Assembly: GCA_036004365.1 (NCBI GenBank)
Contig: DASYRN010000045.1
Location: forward strand, 7,637-71,636
Direction: 5' to 3'
From: Candidatus Binatia bacterium
Lineage (GTDB): Bacteria; Desulfobacterota; Binatia; UBA9968
Length of the DNA stretch: 64,000 bases
Part shown: piece by piece, positions 55,548 through 64,000 of the stretch
Layout: each line of letters starts with the position of its first letter
Numbering within the stretch: position 1 is the stretch's first letter
Program-made: the position numbers and the translations under genes
Notes under the pieces: model-generated
What the model saw: the letters and a program-made list of their open reading frames with translations, nothing else
Database searches by the model: none
Told to the model about the DNA's origin: nothing

Positions 55548-55946
55548 TTACCTCGCCGGCGCGTAAAGCTGCAGCAGGTTGCCTTCGGTGTCGAAGAAGT
55601 AAAAACCGCTGGCCCCGCCCCGATCGACCCGCTCCCTGGCATGGAGCTTTACGCCCCACTCCTTTATTTTCTGGGCCGCCAGCTCAAAATCTTCCCGCTC
55701 GATCTCGAAGGCCTGGTGCGTCGCGCCATCCTCTTCAATGGCATTTTTCTTGGCAAGATGCGGCCGCTCAAAAAGAACGATGAGATCGTCACCGGATCTG
55801 AGCTCGGTGCGCGCCAGGATTTTTCCCATGTCGTCCTTTCCGGTTTTGGATACCTTCATTCCAAGGACTTCGGTGTAGAACTTCACTGCCCGGTCCATAT
55901 CATCGACCGGTATCCCCATGTGATGAATTCCTTTGGTTCTGATCAT
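55548..55946 (-). CDS. VOC-family (glyoxalase) protein
   Basis: IHHMGIPVDDMDRAVKFYTEVLGM. Confidence 0.8.
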   Translation of the reverse strand: MIRTKGIHHMGIPVDDMDRAVKFYTEVLGMKVSKTGKDDMGKILARTELRSGDDLIVLFERPHLAKKNAIEEDGATHQAFEIEREDFELAAQKIKEWGVKLHARERVDRGGASGFYFFDTEGNLLQLYAPAR

Positions 55947-56236
55947 CCCTAACCTCCTTTGAGCGCCTTTGGCCGGTCAGCGGATTTCGAGGATAACGCA
56001 TGCGCCGAAATATCTCACGATGCGCATCAGTGTTTTTTTCGTAAGTGCCAGGACTTCCAATGTTAGCTTCTAATAGCCGAGACTGAAGTATCACACGATG
56101 GTTTTGCGATCAACCGTTACGCTCCGTCACAATGTATTTCCGCGGCCTTGAGAATCCAGAGCAGCCGTAACGTAGACTGGTTCTCTTCTCTTAGGTGGTG
56201 GCTAACCATCCAATAGAGTGTATGCAAAAGCCTGCA

Positions 56237-56263
56237 TTACACCTTAATATTTGGCAGTATAAT
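56237..56263 (+). promoter_or_regulatory. candidate promoter with a perfect TATAAT
   Basis: TTACAC ... 15 nt ... TATAAT (56258-56263) in an AT-rich spacer about 105 nt upstream of the gene at 56369. Confidence 0.3.
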
Positions 56264-56368
56264 CTGCAGTTCGCGCCTCTCGAAATCCTCAGATCGCATG
56301 TAACTCGGTATCAAAAAGAAAGATTCAATTCTGGCATGTAATTTGTTTCTCCCCCGGATGGTCCGCCC

Positions 56369-57199
56369 ATGAAGCCTGCTAGACTCACCCTTGTTGGCGT
56401 AACCGGACTTATCCTCCTTTGCGCTACGGTGCTCGCCGGAGCCCAAACTAGGAATAAACAAGCAAAAACTAGCTACGGCAGCTCGCCGCGGCTCGGATCC
56501 TCGGAGAAGACCCTTTTAGAGAAGCGAAAAGAACTCATCGAAAGAAAGAAGGCCTCAAGGGACGGTCTGGGAAATCTCCTCCAGGTCTATGAAAAAAAAT
56601 TGGAGCGCCAGTCCGCCGATTATGAGACGAAGAAGGAATTGTATCAGAGCGACTTGATTTCAAAGGCGGAACTTGAGGAGAGCAGGCGCGCTATGACTCA
56701 TACTCGCCTCGAGATCCAACAAGTCCAGCAATGGATCGCGGAAGATGATGTCGCGCTCTTACTGTCAGAGCTCGCGGCGCAGGGAAAGCTGGAGCGCCTT
56801 CCCTTAGGAGGGTACCATGAAACCGCGACCTTCATTCGCTACAACGGCGCCGCGGATTGGTCGCTCGCCAATACAGGAAAGATCAAAGAGTTCTTCTTGA
56901 AGCGGTTTGGCCGGCCGCTCCCTGTAAGCGCCATGGGCCAGTCCTCGACTCACGACGACATGGGCTTTGATCATCGAGATGCCATTGATGTCGCGGTGCG
57001 TCCAGATAGCGAAGAAGGGCGTGGGCTCATGGCATACTTGCGGAAGGCCGGCATCCCATTCATCGCTTTTCGGAACAAGGTGCGCGGCATGGCCACGGGA
57101 GCGCATATTCACATAGGTAGGCCGTCGCTGAGAATTGCGCAGGTGAAGCAGGGGTTGACGCACCCGGCCTTGCTACAGAAAGCCGGAGACGAGAGCTGA
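56369..57199 (+). CDS. secreted LAS-family (peptidase M15-like) zinc metallopeptidase with coiled-coil N-terminal region
   Basis: Signal peptide; K/E-rich coiled coil; C-terminal H..D (STHDDMGFDH) and H-x-H (GAHIHIG) zinc ligands. Confidence 0.5.
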   Translation: MKPARLTLVGVTGLILLCATVLAGAQTRNKQAKTSYGSSPRLGSSEKTLLEKRKELIERKKASRDGLGNLLQVYEKKLERQSADYETKKELYQSDLISKAELEESRRAMTHTRLEIQQVQQWIAEDDVALLLSELAAQGKLERLPLGGYHETATFIRYNGAADWSLANTGKIKEFFLKRFGRPLPVSAMGQSSTHDDMGFDHRDAIDVAVRPDSEEGRGLMAYLRKAGIPFIAFRNKVRGMATGAHIHIGRPSLRIAQVKQGLTHPALLQKAGDES

Positions 57200-57697
57200 C
57201 CCATTTTCTATAGGCACCCCTTTCATCGGTCGTCTGCGTTCTCTCTCGAGTGATCTGGCAAGCAACAAATCCTCTTGACACGTATCCCGCGCGTTTACTA
57301 TATCCGGTAGTAGCAATAGAGCATATTTTTCTCACGCGAGATCATCACCAATCACGACGTGTAAGACCCTCGGAGGCACGGAAAGGCGTTCTCGTAGTGA
57401 GAAGCATCTGCAGGAAGTTTGCTTGCGTATGACCATGAGCTTGCGCATCCGCTTTAACGAAAACAAGCTCAAACAGAGCCTGTATCAAACGGAAGATGAC
57501 TTTGTCCCTGAGGTTAGCGGCGCGGGCTGGCCGAAGAATACTTGGTTCCAAGAACGTTTACGCCATGTCAGAGAACAGCAACGAAAGAAAATGGGAGAAC
57601 CTGATTTTGTGTATGAATGCCCGTTGGGCACCATTACACTTCGGCACTCGAATGGCGGGGATTAAGAAAGGGGAATAGTATGGCCGATGTCCCGGCT

Positions 57698-58636
57698 TTA
57701 GACCATGGGGAGCACTTCCTGTGCCAACCAGTCCAATCGTTTTAAAGTCTCTGCCGGACCAGGACTCCGGACATCGAAAATAAGGCAATTCACTCCAGCC
57801 TTTTGATAGTCTCTCACGTCGGATGCGACCTGCCCCGCGCTGCCGATGAATCTTCTTCGTCGCCCCGCCTGAGCTTCGACTTCCCGATCAAACAACGAGG
57901 CTTTGAAAGCTACGCGGATTTCGCTCGGATTCCTGCCTGCCGCTTGAGCGTACTCAGCGAGTGTTTCCAACTTTCTTTCAAGATCTGCCGGTTCCAGAGG
58001 TACGGTCGGCACGCCTCCTATGGGATGCCATCCATCCCCTAACTCAGCGGCGCGGCGCAGAGCCCGGTTGCTATGCCCTCCGATCCAAATCGGAATGTGA
58101 GGCTTTTGCGCTGGCTTCGGTAGAAATGCCAAGTCGGAAAACTTGCAATAAGTGCCCTTAAAGGTGGGATTCTCCTTTGTCCAGAGCTCCTTAAAAGCTT
58201 TAATGTATTCGTCCGTAACACGGCCACGATCCTCAAACGGAGGAGCTCCAACAAGCAGGAATTCTTCTTTCATCCATCCGACTCCCAATCCCAGAATCAC
58301 TCGGCCGCCTGAAAGGAAGTCCAGGGTTGAAAGCATCTTGGCGACAACGACAGGAGGGCGATAAGGGGCAATCATGACGCTGGCGACGAAGGAGATGCGC
58401 TGAGTGGCGCTGGCAAGAAACGCCATGACCGTCATTTGATCGAGATGATGACCTTTTCCGGGATACTTCTTGTCTACAGTATAAGGATAAGGGGAAGCGA
58501 TGTTTCTCGGGATGACGATGTGATCAGCGACGGTTACACAGAAAAAATCCAATTCCTCCGCGCGCTTAACGAAATGGATCAGATCTTCGGGTTTTACTCG
58601 GGGGTCGGACACAGCTAGGTGAAGCCCATAGTCCAT
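57698..58636 (-). CDS. LLM-class F420-dependent oxidoreductase
   Basis: 312 aa; ...GGRVILGLGVGW...IWIGG... pattern. Confidence 0.8.
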   Translation of the reverse strand: MDYGLHLAVSDPRVKPEDLIHFVKRAEELDFFCVTVADHIVIPRNIASPYPYTVDKKYPGKGHHLDQMTVMAFLASATQRISFVASVMIAPYRPPVVVAKMLSTLDFLSGGRVILGLGVGWMKEEFLLVGAPPFEDRGRVTDEYIKAFKELWTKENPTFKGTYCKFSDLAFLPKPAQKPHIPIWIGGHSNRALRRAAELGDGWHPIGGVPTVPLEPADLERKLETLAEYAQAAGRNPSEIRVAFKASLFDREVEAQAGRRRRFIGSAGQVASDVRDYQKAGVNCLIFDVRSPGPAETLKRLDWLAQEVLPMV

Positions 58637-58893
58637 CAGAAGCCTGAACCCATCTTTTCCGCAGATCGGTTGGCGGAAGAAGAGAACGTTTTCTTAGTTT
58701 CGCTATTGTCAAAACATGAAAGCTTGGACATGCATATTCCAATCATGCTCCGCGTTGTTGAGAAGCAGATCGAGGAATCCATTCTTCCACGCCCGCCACA
58801 GCTCGGAAGGACAGAGCCGTTAGGGACTATGCCACAGTGCGAAAGCTTTATGTGCGGGGAGAAGCCCAGTTGGAGAGACGCGTTCGCAAGTAC

Positions 58894-59349
58894 TTAAATG
58901 ATTCTGGCACGTCCTTTATCCCGCTGTTTGTACATGCGGACGCTGAGATCGTAGAGACCCGAGGCGCGGAGCTCTTCCTTTTTGCGCTCACGCATGCCCG
59001 TTTGGTACTCGACGCTAAGCAACGATATAGCGCCGGAGGGGACTTGCCTGGAGAGCCTTACGAACCGACCCTCTTTGCGATCGATATACTGACCGATTGC
59101 GCGCAGGGCTTGGGACAGCGTCGACAAATCAGGCGTTCTGGATGGGTCGCTCCGTTTGGCCCGGCCTTGGCGCTCCAGACGCCCTATATCTTCCGGGGTA
59201 TACCGCAGCTCGAGCGGTTCTGGCGATGCCGCAGTCTGAACGAGATAGTCTTTGCCTTCGCTCTTGATGTCGAAGTACTTTAGATTAAGCTCCTCCAGAT
59301 CCTGGCCGATAGCGCGGAGGACTTGAGCGTACCGAGGACTCTCAATCAC
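58894..59349 (-). CDS. hypothetical protein with internal repeat (SQVLRAIGQ / SQALRAIGQ)
   Basis: ORF only; repeat seen by eye. Confidence 0.4.
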   Translation of the reverse strand: MIESPRYAQVLRAIGQDLEELNLKYFDIKSEGKDYLVQTAASPEPLELRYTPEDIGRLERQGRAKRSDPSRTPDLSTLSQALRAIGQYIDRKEGRFVRLSRQVPSGAISLLSVEYQTGMRERKKEELRASGLYDLSVRMYKQRDKGRARII

Positions 59350-59545
59350 AGCAATTTACTCCTATCTCTCCCGCGATAGCACGTCAATAGGGTAAACAGC
59401 CGCGTGGTTTGGTACTCTGAACTAGGCAGCCGGTTCATATGAGTCGCCAGGGCAATAGTCGATGAGGTTCCGCCCGAGTCAATGTTTCTTCTAACTATCT
59501 AGCGTTGTCAGTCTCTTCTGTTATGATTTAATAAAAGAAGGAGTC

Positions 59546-59710
59546 ATGGCAACTGAAAAGCAAAGACGAGCAGCAGGAAAAAACATCAAAAGAGCTGCCC
59601 GGGCAATAAAGCGAAAACAGACTCTTAAGAAACTCCCGAAAAAGACCCGCGTTGCTCTTGGTAAACAAGCAGCGAAGGTCGCCAGGGCGCGCCGACGACG
59701 GGCCCGCTAA
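59546..59710 (+). CDS. 54-aa highly basic protein (MATEKQRRAAGKNIKRAARAIKRKQTLKKL...)
   Basis: AAGGAG Shine-Dalgarno sequence 5 nt before the ATG; K/R content about 45%; not in the >=60-aa track. The antisense track ORF 59528..59782 is judged a shadow. Confidence 0.45.
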   Translation: MATEKQRRAAGKNIKRAARAIKRKQTLKKLPKKTRVALGKQAAKVARARRRRAR

Positions 59711-59732
59711 AGGGTTTTTCTTCCATGCCCGA

Positions 59733-60419
59733 TCATTCTCGCATGAACGCTTGGAGGAGGAAGTGCGTCGGCAAGTAGACACAGACCGGAACGAAGGCTA
59801 ACAACAACGCCAAGTAAAGTCTCGGAGCGATCTTCTGTTGCGGCTGACCACCCAGGCCGAACACCCAATTGATATTCTCGGAAGGTTCGGTGAAGAAAAA
59901 GCAGACGAGCGAAACCGCCCAAAAGAAAATCGTCTGCGCGATCCAGGCACGCCGGTCGTATCCGAGGCGGTAGACGAGCCAAACGAGAAAGAACGGAAGC
60001 ACAAGATGAAATAGGGATAGCCCCCGCAGAAACAGCGGCTTGTCCGACTCGAACATGTACTCGGCAATTCCAATGAAACGGATACCGGTCGTCAACCGTG
60101 CCAAGAAGTCGACAATCCATACCAGCTCCAGTAAGGAGACCGAAATCGCCTGCATGCTGGCCAGCAGTCGGTTTTCCAGCCACAGCGCCAGCAGTCCGAG
60201 GAGCAGTGCCAGGTCGGAAAACCATAGGAAATTGGCGGGACCGTAGTGGCGCCAGTACGTTGGAATCAGAACACAGACAAAAACTGTGTAGAGAAGTTTC
60301 ACCGGGAGGGAAATCCCTCGGCTCGAAAGAAGCCATTGAACGGTTTCCCGCCAATCAACCATTGCGGTTATTCCATGCCGATTCGGGCGAAAGGTCGCCG
60401 GAAAACCGACACCGAACAC
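59733..60419 (-). CDS. polytopic membrane protein, unknown family
   Basis: 6-7 hydrophobic segments; precedes the M48 peptidase on the same strand. Confidence 0.5.
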   Translation of the reverse strand: MFGVGFPATFRPNRHGITAMVDWRETVQWLLSSRGISLPVKLLYTVFVCVLIPTYWRHYGPANFLWFSDLALLLGLLALWLENRLLASMQAISVSLLELVWIVDFLARLTTGIRFIGIAEYMFESDKPLFLRGLSLFHLVLPFFLVWLVYRLGYDRRAWIAQTIFFWAVSLVCFFFTEPSENINWVFGLGGQPQQKIAPRLYLALLLAFVPVCVYLPTHFLLQAFMRE

Positions 60420-60423
60420 TTGC

Positions 60424-61914
60424 TCAGGAAAAGCTCGGCAACTTAAGAATTCTTCCTCGCTCTATTTCTTCATTCAAACCGACCTGATTCAAGATAGCCA
60501 AGTCTTCGGCGGTCATGTCGCGAGGTAAGTCGCGGGGAATTAACGCCTTGAAGGGCGCCGAGCGGGTCACGGGCTGTAAACGAATCCGGACCGGCTGCCG
60601 ATTTAGGATCTCACGATTGTCGATCTCTCCGAATCCGCGCATCGGTTGCAGAAATAGGTTTCTGAAACGATCAAACGCCTGCGGCGCAGTGTAAGCGACG
60701 AACTGGTAGACGCCCCCCCGATACTCTATGAAGTAAGTAAGCAGTCTCACGATCTGCCCGTTCTGAGTTTGAGCGTCTGCGACGGCTGCAAAAGCCGGCA
60801 ACCCGTCGGAGCGGGCCGGGCCGCTCTCAAGAACCCTCAAGCCCGGCTGAGATAGGAATTTCGAAGCCACCGCCCGCGCGGATTTCTCTCCGCTGCCGGT
60901 AAATCCAATCATGGCGCGCTGCTGATTGTCTACCATAATGACCTGCGTGGGCTGGTTGACGACTCTGAAACCTTGGGGCACGGGGAAGCGGAAGCGCAGC
61001 TCTGGGTGATAGAAAACGCTCCGCTCGACAAAGCCTTGCCGCGGATCTTCACCCAGTATGATCCCGTCGATCGCTTTATAGTAGGCTCCGCGATCCGCTT
61101 CTCTGACAGCTGTTTTTGCGCGCCAACCGGCCGCCAGCTCTTTAACGCGCGTCAGTCGGTCGCCGGGGTCAGGATGCGTCGAAAGGAAGTTGGGTAACCC
61201 TTGCCCTTCTTTCTCGGTTATTCGCGAAAGCGCACGAAAGAAGCCCACCACGTCCTCCGCCTGATAGCCGGCCAGCGAACTGTATTCGACACTGAGTCGA
61301 TCAGCATCCAATTCATCTTCACGGCTATAGCGCAGGAAGATCATTTGCGCTGCCATGCTGCCAAGGTTCAGCATCTGTTCCGCAGGCAGCCCCAGGACTT
61401 GCTGGCCGAGAATCGCACCGCCGAGAAGGAGACCTTGACCCAGCTGTTGCTGCCAGGCGCGTCGCGCTGCGTGGCGCGCGGCAATGTGGCCGATCTCGTG
61501 ACCTAACACGGCCGCGAGTTGGTCCTCGCTGTTTAAGTGAGCGAGCAATCCTCGAGTGACGTAGATATAGCCTCCCGGAAGAGCCATGGCATTGACGGTC
61601 GGACTATCGAGTACGCGGAACGTGATCGGTGTATTGCGAATTTCCTGATCCATTTCAGGACGTCGAAGATGGCTTTTTGCCAGTACCCGCTGTCCTACCT
61701 CCTGCACGTACCGTTCCAGTTTTGGATCCTCGTAAATACCAAAGAGTGTCGCAATCTCTTTGTTGGCCTGCTTACCTATCTCAAGCTCCTTTTCCCAGCT
61801 AAAGCCGACAAAGCGTTTCTCTCCTGTCGCCGGGATGATCCCCCTCGTGCAAGCCCAGGCTAGCGCCGCGCTTAAAGGCACGATGAAGAGCCACGCTTTG
61901 AAACGTGACCGCAT
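60424..61914 (-). CDS. M48-family zinc metallopeptidase (BepA/YfgC-like), secreted
   Basis: Signal peptide; HEIGHIAARH HExxH motif; 496 aa. Confidence 0.8.
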   Translation of the reverse strand: MRSRFKAWLFIVPLSAALAWACTRGIIPATGEKRFVGFSWEKELEIGKQANKEIATLFGIYEDPKLERYVQEVGQRVLAKSHLRRPEMDQEIRNTPITFRVLDSPTVNAMALPGGYIYVTRGLLAHLNSEDQLAAVLGHEIGHIAARHAARRAWQQQLGQGLLLGGAILGQQVLGLPAEQMLNLGSMAAQMIFLRYSREDELDADRLSVEYSSLAGYQAEDVVGFFRALSRITEKEGQGLPNFLSTHPDPGDRLTRVKELAAGWRAKTAVREADRGAYYKAIDGIILGEDPRQGFVERSVFYHPELRFRFPVPQGFRVVNQPTQVIMVDNQQRAMIGFTGSGEKSARAVASKFLSQPGLRVLESGPARSDGLPAFAAVADAQTQNGQIVRLLTYFIEYRGGVYQFVAYTAPQAFDRFRNLFLQPMRGFGEIDNREILNRQPVRIRLQPVTRSAPFKALIPRDLPRDMTAEDLAILNQVGLNEEIERGRILKLPSFS

Positions 61915-61939
61915 TACCCCTCCGATCGACAGCCAGAAA

Positions 61940-62677
61940 CTATTTTTCTCGCCATACTCTCAGCCCATCCAGCCTTGTTTCCGCATGTCCCAGGCCGCCT
62001 GTATAGTTGGCGTAGACCCCGATATAGCCTGAGCCGATGCGTTCGAGCCGGAAGGGACCCCCAGGGAGCAGGATAGAGTCCCAGTAAACTTCCGCTTCGT
62101 CATTCTTGACTTCAATAGCCACACGGTGCCAACCGCTCTGCGCCGGTCGGCCCCCGGGTAGCTCAGCAGACTTCCACTGGACCAGGTGGATCGGGAAATT
62201 ATTCGAGTCTTTACCTACGTAGGCGAGGCTTAAGAAAGAATCTTTGGCAAAATGGGTCGCCAGTCGATAGAATCGGTTAGCCGCCGGCTCGACTCTGAAC
62301 GCGATGCCGTTAAGTGGCCCTTTCTCTTCGTTGACGAGCTGGACGTAGAGCCACGCTTCCAGATAGAAATCAGAAATCGCCCGGGTGTTTGCATAGGAGA
62401 GGGCGGCGAACCCGCCGACGCTCTTATTGTCCAAAACGCCGACTCCAGGGTCACCTTCGGGTGACGTGGGATCGATGGCCCCTCTAAGATTGTCGTGATT
62501 GAAGTGAGGATGCGGAACCCATTCGAGCTGGGGCTTTCCCCCTGTAAAACTGTCACTGATTAGCAGTTCACCGGCTCGCTCCATGGCGATAACATGAGAG
62601 GTCGGCGGGAAATTCAAAGCCGCGAGAAGCGGTAAGCCGATTGAAGCAAGTCGCCACACTGAGATCAAGGCTCCCAC
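61940..62677 (-). CDS. secreted hypothetical protein (possibly LamG-like/DUF1080 jelly-roll)
   Basis: Signal peptide; beta-rich composition; family call tentative. Confidence 0.45.
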   Translation of the reverse strand: MGALISVWRLASIGLPLLAALNFPPTSHVIAMERAGELLISDSFTGGKPQLEWVPHPHFNHDNLRGAIDPTSPEGDPGVGVLDNKSVGGFAALSYANTRAISDFYLEAWLYVQLVNEEKGPLNGIAFRVEPAANRFYRLATHFAKDSFLSLAYVGKDSNNFPIHLVQWKSAELPGGRPAQSGWHRVAIEVKNDEAEVYWDSILLPGGPFRLERIGSGYIGVYANYTGGLGHAETRLDGLRVWREK

Positions 62678-62725
62678 TCCGAAAGTCGAAAAGCAAAACT
62701 ATTTGCCGAGACTAGGAAAGTCTTA

Positions 62726-63103
62726 CTAGGATTTCTCTTGCTCCTCTTGAATTAACTTAAGGGTTTTCTTACGTAGTTCAACATCATCCTTCACGCTATT
62801 GAATATCCTGACATAAGCTTCACGGGTGAGCCCTTGATCTTCGACAGCCTTTTCCATTTTCACTGTCGCTTCCCGCTGAATATTCTGCAGTTGTTCCGGG
62901 TCCCGGGCGTTTCGCAGAGAGGGTTCATAGGCTAATCTTATTTTGTCGACTTCTACGTACGCCTTAGCAAACGCTTTGAGATCCTGGTCACTAACATTAG
63001 CCTTCTCCTGTAGCTCTTGCGCTAGGATTAGGGAACTGAATCCTAGTCCAATCAGGCTGACAGCCAGGGATAGCATGAAAGTATTTCTCAATGATTTTTG
63101 CAT
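62726..63103 (-). CDS. DUF4168-like secreted protein
   Basis: Signal peptide; DLKAFAKAYVEVDKIR pattern. Confidence 0.55.
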   Translation of the reverse strand: MQKSLRNTFMLSLAVSLIGLGFSSLILAQELQEKANVSDQDLKAFAKAYVEVDKIRLAYEPSLRNARDPEQLQNIQREATVKMEKAVEDQGLTREAYVRIFNSVKDDVELRKKTLKLIQEEQEKS

Positions 63104-63204
63104 TCTATAACCTCCTCTTGTATGCAGCGGTTGGAACCCATTTGAAGCCAACTGCGCGGCCTTGAATTTTATTTCTCTGTGAGGCGATCTCGTCTTGTTC
63201 GATG

Positions 63205-63639
63205 TTACTCGGAGTCGCCCGGCTGGACGTCCAGAATCTTAACGTCGAATGTCAAGGTTTTCCCCGCTAGAGGATGATTGAGGTCCAAAACTACGCTCTC
63301 CTCTTTGATCTCATGGACACGAAAAGCAACGTCTTCTCCGTGCGGACCGCGAACACGAAGCATGGTCCCGGTTTTCAAACCTTCAGCGGGAATATGCTTT
63401 CTGGGTACTTCCTTGAAACCTTCAGGATCCACAGGCCCGTACGCGTCTTTCGGCCCGAGGCGAATATTCTTCTTCTCGCTTATCCCCATTACCGAAAGCG
63501 CCTTCTCTAAGGCGGGGATAATTTCCTCTTCGCCGTGAGTATAAGTTACGGGCGCCTCTCCTTTGTTCGATTCAATGACTGCGCCGCTTTCATCGGATAG
63601 AGTATACTCGAAACTCACGACAGAGTCCTTTTTGATCAT
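63205..63639 (-). CDS. slyD: FKBP-type peptidyl-prolyl cis-trans isomerase (SlyD-like, with IF insertion)
   Basis: MIKKDSVVSFEYTL...GEEEIIPALEKAL...LAGKTLTFDVKILDV. Confidence 0.85.
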   Translation of the reverse strand: MIKKDSVVSFEYTLSDESGAVIESNKGEAPVTYTHGEEEIIPALEKALSVMGISEKKNIRLGPKDAYGPVDPEGFKEVPRKHIPAEGLKTGTMLRVRGPHGEDVAFRVHEIKEESVVLDLNHPLAGKTLTFDVKILDVQPGDSE

Positions 63640-64000
63640 GTGTTTCTCCTTGGATATTTGCTCAGTGAGCCAATCTGTGGATTGATGAGGACGGCCGTAA
63701 ACAGTTTGGGGGTAGTACTATCTAATCCTCGCTTGAGAAACTTGCTTAAAATTGCGACGCAAATTTAATACCATCCCGTACGTCATTGATTTCATTGGAT
63801 ACCAATGTTTCTGAGTTGGATCTCTGACTGCAATTCCCTACATTTGTTGTTCGGCTTCGACGTTGATCTACTTCCATCTTTCTAGAACGTCACAGTTGAT
63901 CGCCAAACTATCGTGTGATAGTTCGATATCGGCTGTAAATTCCTGGAAGGACCATGAAAAGATTCTCTTTGTCAGAATAATGATCATTGAACGGAGTGTC

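Noticed and set aside
1-64000. Scanned for tRNA/rRNA genes, CRISPR arrays, transposases, integrases, and restriction-modification genes
   Set aside because: No T-arm GGTTCGA(A/T)TCC contexts with acceptor stems. No regularly spaced direct repeats with unique spacers. No DDE/HUH/tyrosine-recombinase-like ORFs were recognised.

Overview
High-GC (about 58-60%) bacterial chromosomal segment with Gram-negative hallmarks (Tol-Pal YbgF tail, RseP, PqiA/MCE, many lipoboxes). Coding density is high on both strands. The first ~14.5 kb is conserved housekeeping synteny: ybgF 3' end, ribF, rluD, rho with a ~300-nt leader, then rpsB-tsf-pyrH-frr-uppS-cdsA-dxr-rseP, tsaB, and DUF465-ilvB-ilvN. From ~14.6 kb the content turns accessory. 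It includes a PQQ sugar dehydrogenase, EcsC, GGCT-like, DUF5666, an FMN alpha-hydroxy-acid dehydrogenase, pssA, PqiA/MCE, DUF4242, an RRM RNA-binding protein, an XRE regulator and a secreted S1/P1 nuclease with an SH3b protein. One ~5-kb segment is bounded by a YciI-like gene and a decayed 3' copy of it; it carries a zinc-ribbon-NERD-TM-BON protein and a four-gene kinase/phosphatase operon. Further on are pdaD, an HU-family gene (hup), a reductive-dehalogenase/QueG-like corrinoid Fe-S enzyme with two GlcG(DUF336) partners plus LLM oxidoreductases and MmgE/PrpD, a run of orphan periplasmic binding proteins, a low-GC membrane protein, dinB, M48/M15-like peptidases and slyD. No rRNA, tRNA, CRISPR array, transposase or integrase was recognised. 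Four families of short intergenic repeats recur: GGATGAA/GGATAAG tandems, CGTGATC-type heptads, GTTTCGRG hairpins, and a perfect 14-nt palindrome TTGAGAATTCTCAA in 4 copies. The most system-like unknowns are the phosphatase/PNK-like kinase operon beside the NERD-BON gene and the RdhA-like/GlcG cluster. Coordinates for small ORFs not in the supplied track were counted by hand and may be off by 1-2 nt.
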